DNA of 64,000 nucleotides from an uncultured bacterium (GTDB lineage Bacteria; Patescibacteriota; Patescibacteriia; SG8-24; DYFX01): NCBI GenBank assembly GCA_937900255.1, contig CALCDZ010000002.1, positions 9,655 to 73,654 of the forward strand, read 5' to 3'. Shown piece by piece: positions 61,214 to 64,000 of this stretch (position 1 is its first letter; each line of letters starts with the position of its first letter). The notes under the pieces were generated by a model. It saw only the letters and a program-made list of their open reading frames with translations, ran no database searches and was not told where the DNA came from. The position numbers and the translations under genes were made by a program.

Positions 61214-61777
61214 ATGATCGTGGAAGGATTGAAAGAGACGCTCCTGCTCGCCAGGATCCAAAGCGGCGATGAATCGGCGTTCGTCGAGGCGTACGGGCAT
61301 TTTGCGCCGAAAATCTACAGGCATGCGCTGTTCCGCACCAGTTCTCCGCAGACGGCCGAGGACGTCATGAGCGAGACGTTCGCGAGGGCGTGGGGCGTCG
61401 TGCGCGCGAGATCAGGCGAGATACGCCACCTCAAGGCGTTCCTCTATCGCATCGCGGATAATCTCATCATCGATCACTACCGGAGCAATGCGCGCGCTCC
61501 CGTGCCGATCGACGAGGATCTGGAGGCGACGCTGTCCTCGCCGAGCGACCCGCAGCGTGATCTCGATCGGACGCTCGCTTCCGACCTGCTGGCAGAGGGC
61601 CTGGCTCGCCTCCGTCCGGAAACCAGGGACTTGCTGGTCATGCGTTACATCGATGACCTGCCGATCGGACATATCGCTGAACGCACTGGAAAGAAGAAAA
61701 ATGCCGTTTACGTCGCGCTGCACCGCGCGGTAAAGGAACTCCAACAGCTATGCGCCGGACCACGCTCAGAAAACTGA
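61214..61777 (+). CDS. ECF RNA polymerase sigma factor
   Basis: GDESAF, AEDVMSETF, FLYRIADN..IDHYR, region-4 HTH. Confidence 0.92.
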   Translation: MIVEGLKETLLLARIQSGDESAFVEAYGHFAPKIYRHALFRTSSPQTAEDVMSETFARAWGVVRARSGEIRHLKAFLYRIADNLIIDHYRSNARAPVPIDEDLEATLSSPSDPQRDLDRTLASDLLAEGLARLRPETRDLLVMRYIDDLPIGHIAERTGKKKNAVYVALHRAVKELQQLCAGPRSEN

Positions 61778-62574
61778 AAGCCCTCCGCCATGCTCCGGTC
61801 CCGCCGGAGGTCCTTGAGGCGGGCCGACGCAAGCTGGACGTCATCATGGCCGAGTTCCCGATGGCGCCGGGCGGCTTCCGCTTCCGCGCGATCCTTTGGA
61901 AACCGGCGATGTATGCCGCCGCCGTCGCCGTCTTCGTGGCCACGACCGGTGGAGCGGCATATGCCGCGCAGGACGCGTTGCCTGGAGACGCGCTCTATAC
62001 GGTCAAACTCGCCGCCGAGGACGTGCAGGAGAGGTTGGCGCTTTCGCCGGAGCGGAAATTCGTCGTCCAGGCGGCTCATGCCGCGAAGCGATTGGAGGAG
62101 ACGCATGTCCTTCTTCAACGCGCCGGACTCGACAGGAAAGAGCGTACCGCGCGCGTGCGCAAAGCCATCTCCGGATATGAGGATCGCCTGGCCAAGCTCG
62201 ATGCCATCGCCGCGAAGATGGCAGACGGACCTGACGCGCCGCATGAACGGGAGGGGAGATTGAAGGCTGTCCAGGCGGCGGAACGCGTCCTCGACCGTCA
62301 CGTGGACCTGGTCGCTTCCGCCACCGCTTCCGAACCGGAAACCGCCGAAAGCGTGCTCGAACCGATCGAGGGATCGGTCAAGTTCGAGCAGGATGTCTTC
62401 CTCTTTGCCGATCGCTCCGCGCATGGAGACGGGAAAGAGGCGGATGACGCCGCAGGGGCGTCTCGGGAGCTGGATGAGCGGCGAAAGGAACGCGGGGAGC
62501 GGCTCATCGATCATGTGGAACGCCTGCGAGAAGGCCTGCGGCATCGTTCGGTTGAAGCGGTCCACGGCATGTGA
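61750..62574 (+). CDS. putative anti-sigma factor (DUF5667-like)
   Basis: Overlaps the sigma gene; one TM then ALPGDALYTVKLAAE and a helical domain. Confidence 0.75.
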   Translation: MRRTTLRKLKALRHAPVPPEVLEAGRRKLDVIMAEFPMAPGGFRFRAILWKPAMYAAAVAVFVATTGGAAYAAQDALPGDALYTVKLAAEDVQERLALSPERKFVVQAAHAAKRLEETHVLLQRAGLDRKERTARVRKAISGYEDRLAKLDAIAAKMADGPDAPHEREGRLKAVQAAERVLDRHVDLVASATASEPETAESVLEPIEGSVKFEQDVFLFADRSAHGDGKEADDAAGASRELDERRKERGERLIDHVERLREGLRHRSVEAVHGM

Positions 62575-62588
62575 GAAGATGGCGGCAT

Positions 62589-63338
62589 ATGGGCACTTTT
62601 GTACGGGACGCCCCTTCCGATTTTCGTCGTCACGCAGGCGGTACCCGATCTTCGGCAGTGCACGCGGCGGCCGGAGTCCTCTTTGCGTTGGTCTTGCTCG
62701 CGAAGCCGCAGGTCTCGTTCGCGGCACCCGCTTCCGATACCGACGGCGACGGTTATGACGACATGACCGAGCTCGCGAACGGCTATTCTCCGTACGGTCC
62801 CGGCAAACTCGCCGAGACGGATACGGATGGAGACGGCTTGAGCGATGCTGACGAAATCGTCTTCGGTTCGGACCCGCTCAGGCCTGACACGGACGGCGAT
62901 GGGTTCCCGGATGGCCTCGAGGTCCTGAATGCTTTCGATCCGACGCTGGGCGGAGGCGCGAGGCTCAAGAAGCGCATCGTCATCTCGCTCGCCTCCCAGA
63001 CGCTGGACTATTCCATCGGACCGAAGCATCTGGGAAGCTTCAAGGTCTCGACCGGTAAGGCGCGCACGCCGACCCCGGTCGGCGTCTTCGCGATTCGGGA
63101 TAAGAAGCCTCGCGCCTGGTCGGCGCATGCCAAGTTATACATGCCGTACTGGATGCCGTTCATCGGTACCCAGTATGGGCTGCATGAGTTGCCGGAATGG
63201 CCTGACGGCACCAAAGAGGGGCAGTGGCATCTTGGGACCCCGGCGTCCGGAGGGTGCGTCCGGTTAGGGGTCGGACCCGCCAAGACGCTGTACGAGTGGT
63301 CCGAGATCGGTACGGAGGTCGAAATAAAAAAGGCCTGA
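62589..63338 (+). CDS. L,D-transpeptidase (YkuD) with DTDGDG calcium-binding repeats; start uncertain
   Basis: Three DTDGDG repeats; VSTG..TPVG; GLHE..LGTPASGGCVRL. Confidence 0.88.
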   Translation: MGTFVRDAPSDFRRHAGGTRSSAVHAAAGVLFALVLLAKPQVSFAAPASDTDGDGYDDMTELANGYSPYGPGKLAETDTDGDGLSDADEIVFGSDPLRPDTDGDGFPDGLEVLNAFDPTLGGGARLKKRIVISLASQTLDYSIGPKHLGSFKVSTGKARTPTPVGVFAIRDKKPRAWSAHAKLYMPYWMPFIGTQYGLHELPEWPDGTKEGQWHLGTPASGGCVRLGVGPAKTLYEWSEIGTEVEIKKA

Positions 63339-63348
63339 AGACGCACGC

Positions 63349-64000
63349 ATGTATCAACTGCGCGATCCCATCCACCAGACGATCGTCTTCGACGACGACG
63401 AGAAGAAGGTCATCGACCATCCGGTCTTCCAGCGCATGCGTCACGTGCGCCAGCTCGGGTTGTCGTATCTGGTGTATCCCGGTGCCGTGCATGATCGTTT
63501 CAGTCACATGCTGGGCGCCATGCATGTGGCCGGGCGCGTGTGGGACACTATCACGGCCGCCGAAGACGCGCCGATCAGGAAAATTTTCTCTGCTGCAGAG
63601 ACGGCATATTTCCGGAGGATCTTGAGGTTCGCGGCGCTGCTTCACGACATCGGCCATGCGCCATTCTCCCACGCCTCGGAGACGTTGATGCCGCAGCTCG
63701 GCGAAATAGAGGCACCGGCGGCTTGGTACAGGGAATGGGAACCTTCGCGGCGGGCCTCGCATGAGGATTATTCGGTGATGCTGATCGCTTCGCTCGGGGC
63801 GGATCGCATGGTCCCGTTGGAGCCGCACGAGGCCCAGGACATCGCCTCGCTCCTGCATCATGGCGTGAAGCCGTCGGCGGACTGGTCGAGGAAGCATGCA
63901 GGAAAGAAAGGGGCGATCCACGACCTGCTCAGCTCGTTGATCTCGGGAGAGCTGGACGCCGATCGCATGGATTACCTCCTGCGCGACGCGTACTATGCCG
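63349..64000 (+). CDS. HD-domain phosphohydrolase (SAMHD1/YdhJ-like), runs off the window end
   Basis: My translation, not in the ORF track: RDPIH..FQRMRHVRQLG..YPGAVHDRFSH..AALLHDIGHAPFSH..LDADRMDYLLRD. Confidence 0.9.
   Translation, partial: MYQLRDPIHQTIVFDDDEKKVIDHPVFQRMRHVRQLGLSYLVYPGAVHDRFSHMLGAMHVAGRVWDTITAAEDAPIRKIFSAAETAYFRRILRFAALLHDIGHAPFSHASETLMPQLGEIEAPAAWYREWEPSRRASHEDYSVMLIASLGADRMVPLEPHEAQDIASLLHHGVKPSADWSRKHAGKKGAIHDLLSSLISGELDADRMDYLLRDAYYA

Overview
High-GC bacterial chromosome segment. The gene content and protein styles point to a CPR/Patescibacteria (Parcubacteria-like) genome; this is inference, based on a truncated UvrA/UvrC, an HPF with HHHKG, a membrane protein plus VirD4/HerA-like ATPase pair, an ECF sigma with a DUF5667-type partner, and a broken-up dcw cluster. 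Standard genetic code. Contents in order: NRAMP transporter and beta-CASP nuclease; a patch of orphan secreted/membrane genes (2.6-5.8 kb); uvrB-uvrA-uvrC; mraZ-rsmH-ftsL; rplU; dnaB-ybaB-recR; glyA-folD; a ~25 kb surface-glycan locus with murC and murB embedded and two AT-richer patches; hpf-secA; a nucleotide salvage/house-cleaning cluster; secD (with an inserted parvulin PPIase)-secF followed by a membrane protein and VirD4/HerA-like ATPase; ECF sigma/anti-sigma; L,D-transpeptidase; and a partial HD-domain gene. I saw no tRNA, rRNA, CRISPR array, transposase or integrase. Best leads: the SecD-PPIase/SecF/membrane protein/ATPase block, an AT-rich Cys/Trp-rich lipoprotein plus small membrane protein cassette (toxin-immunity-like), GT4-GT-C and GT4-GT4 fusions, a UvrA without its insertion domain, and a window-wide leaderless/TATG initiation signature.
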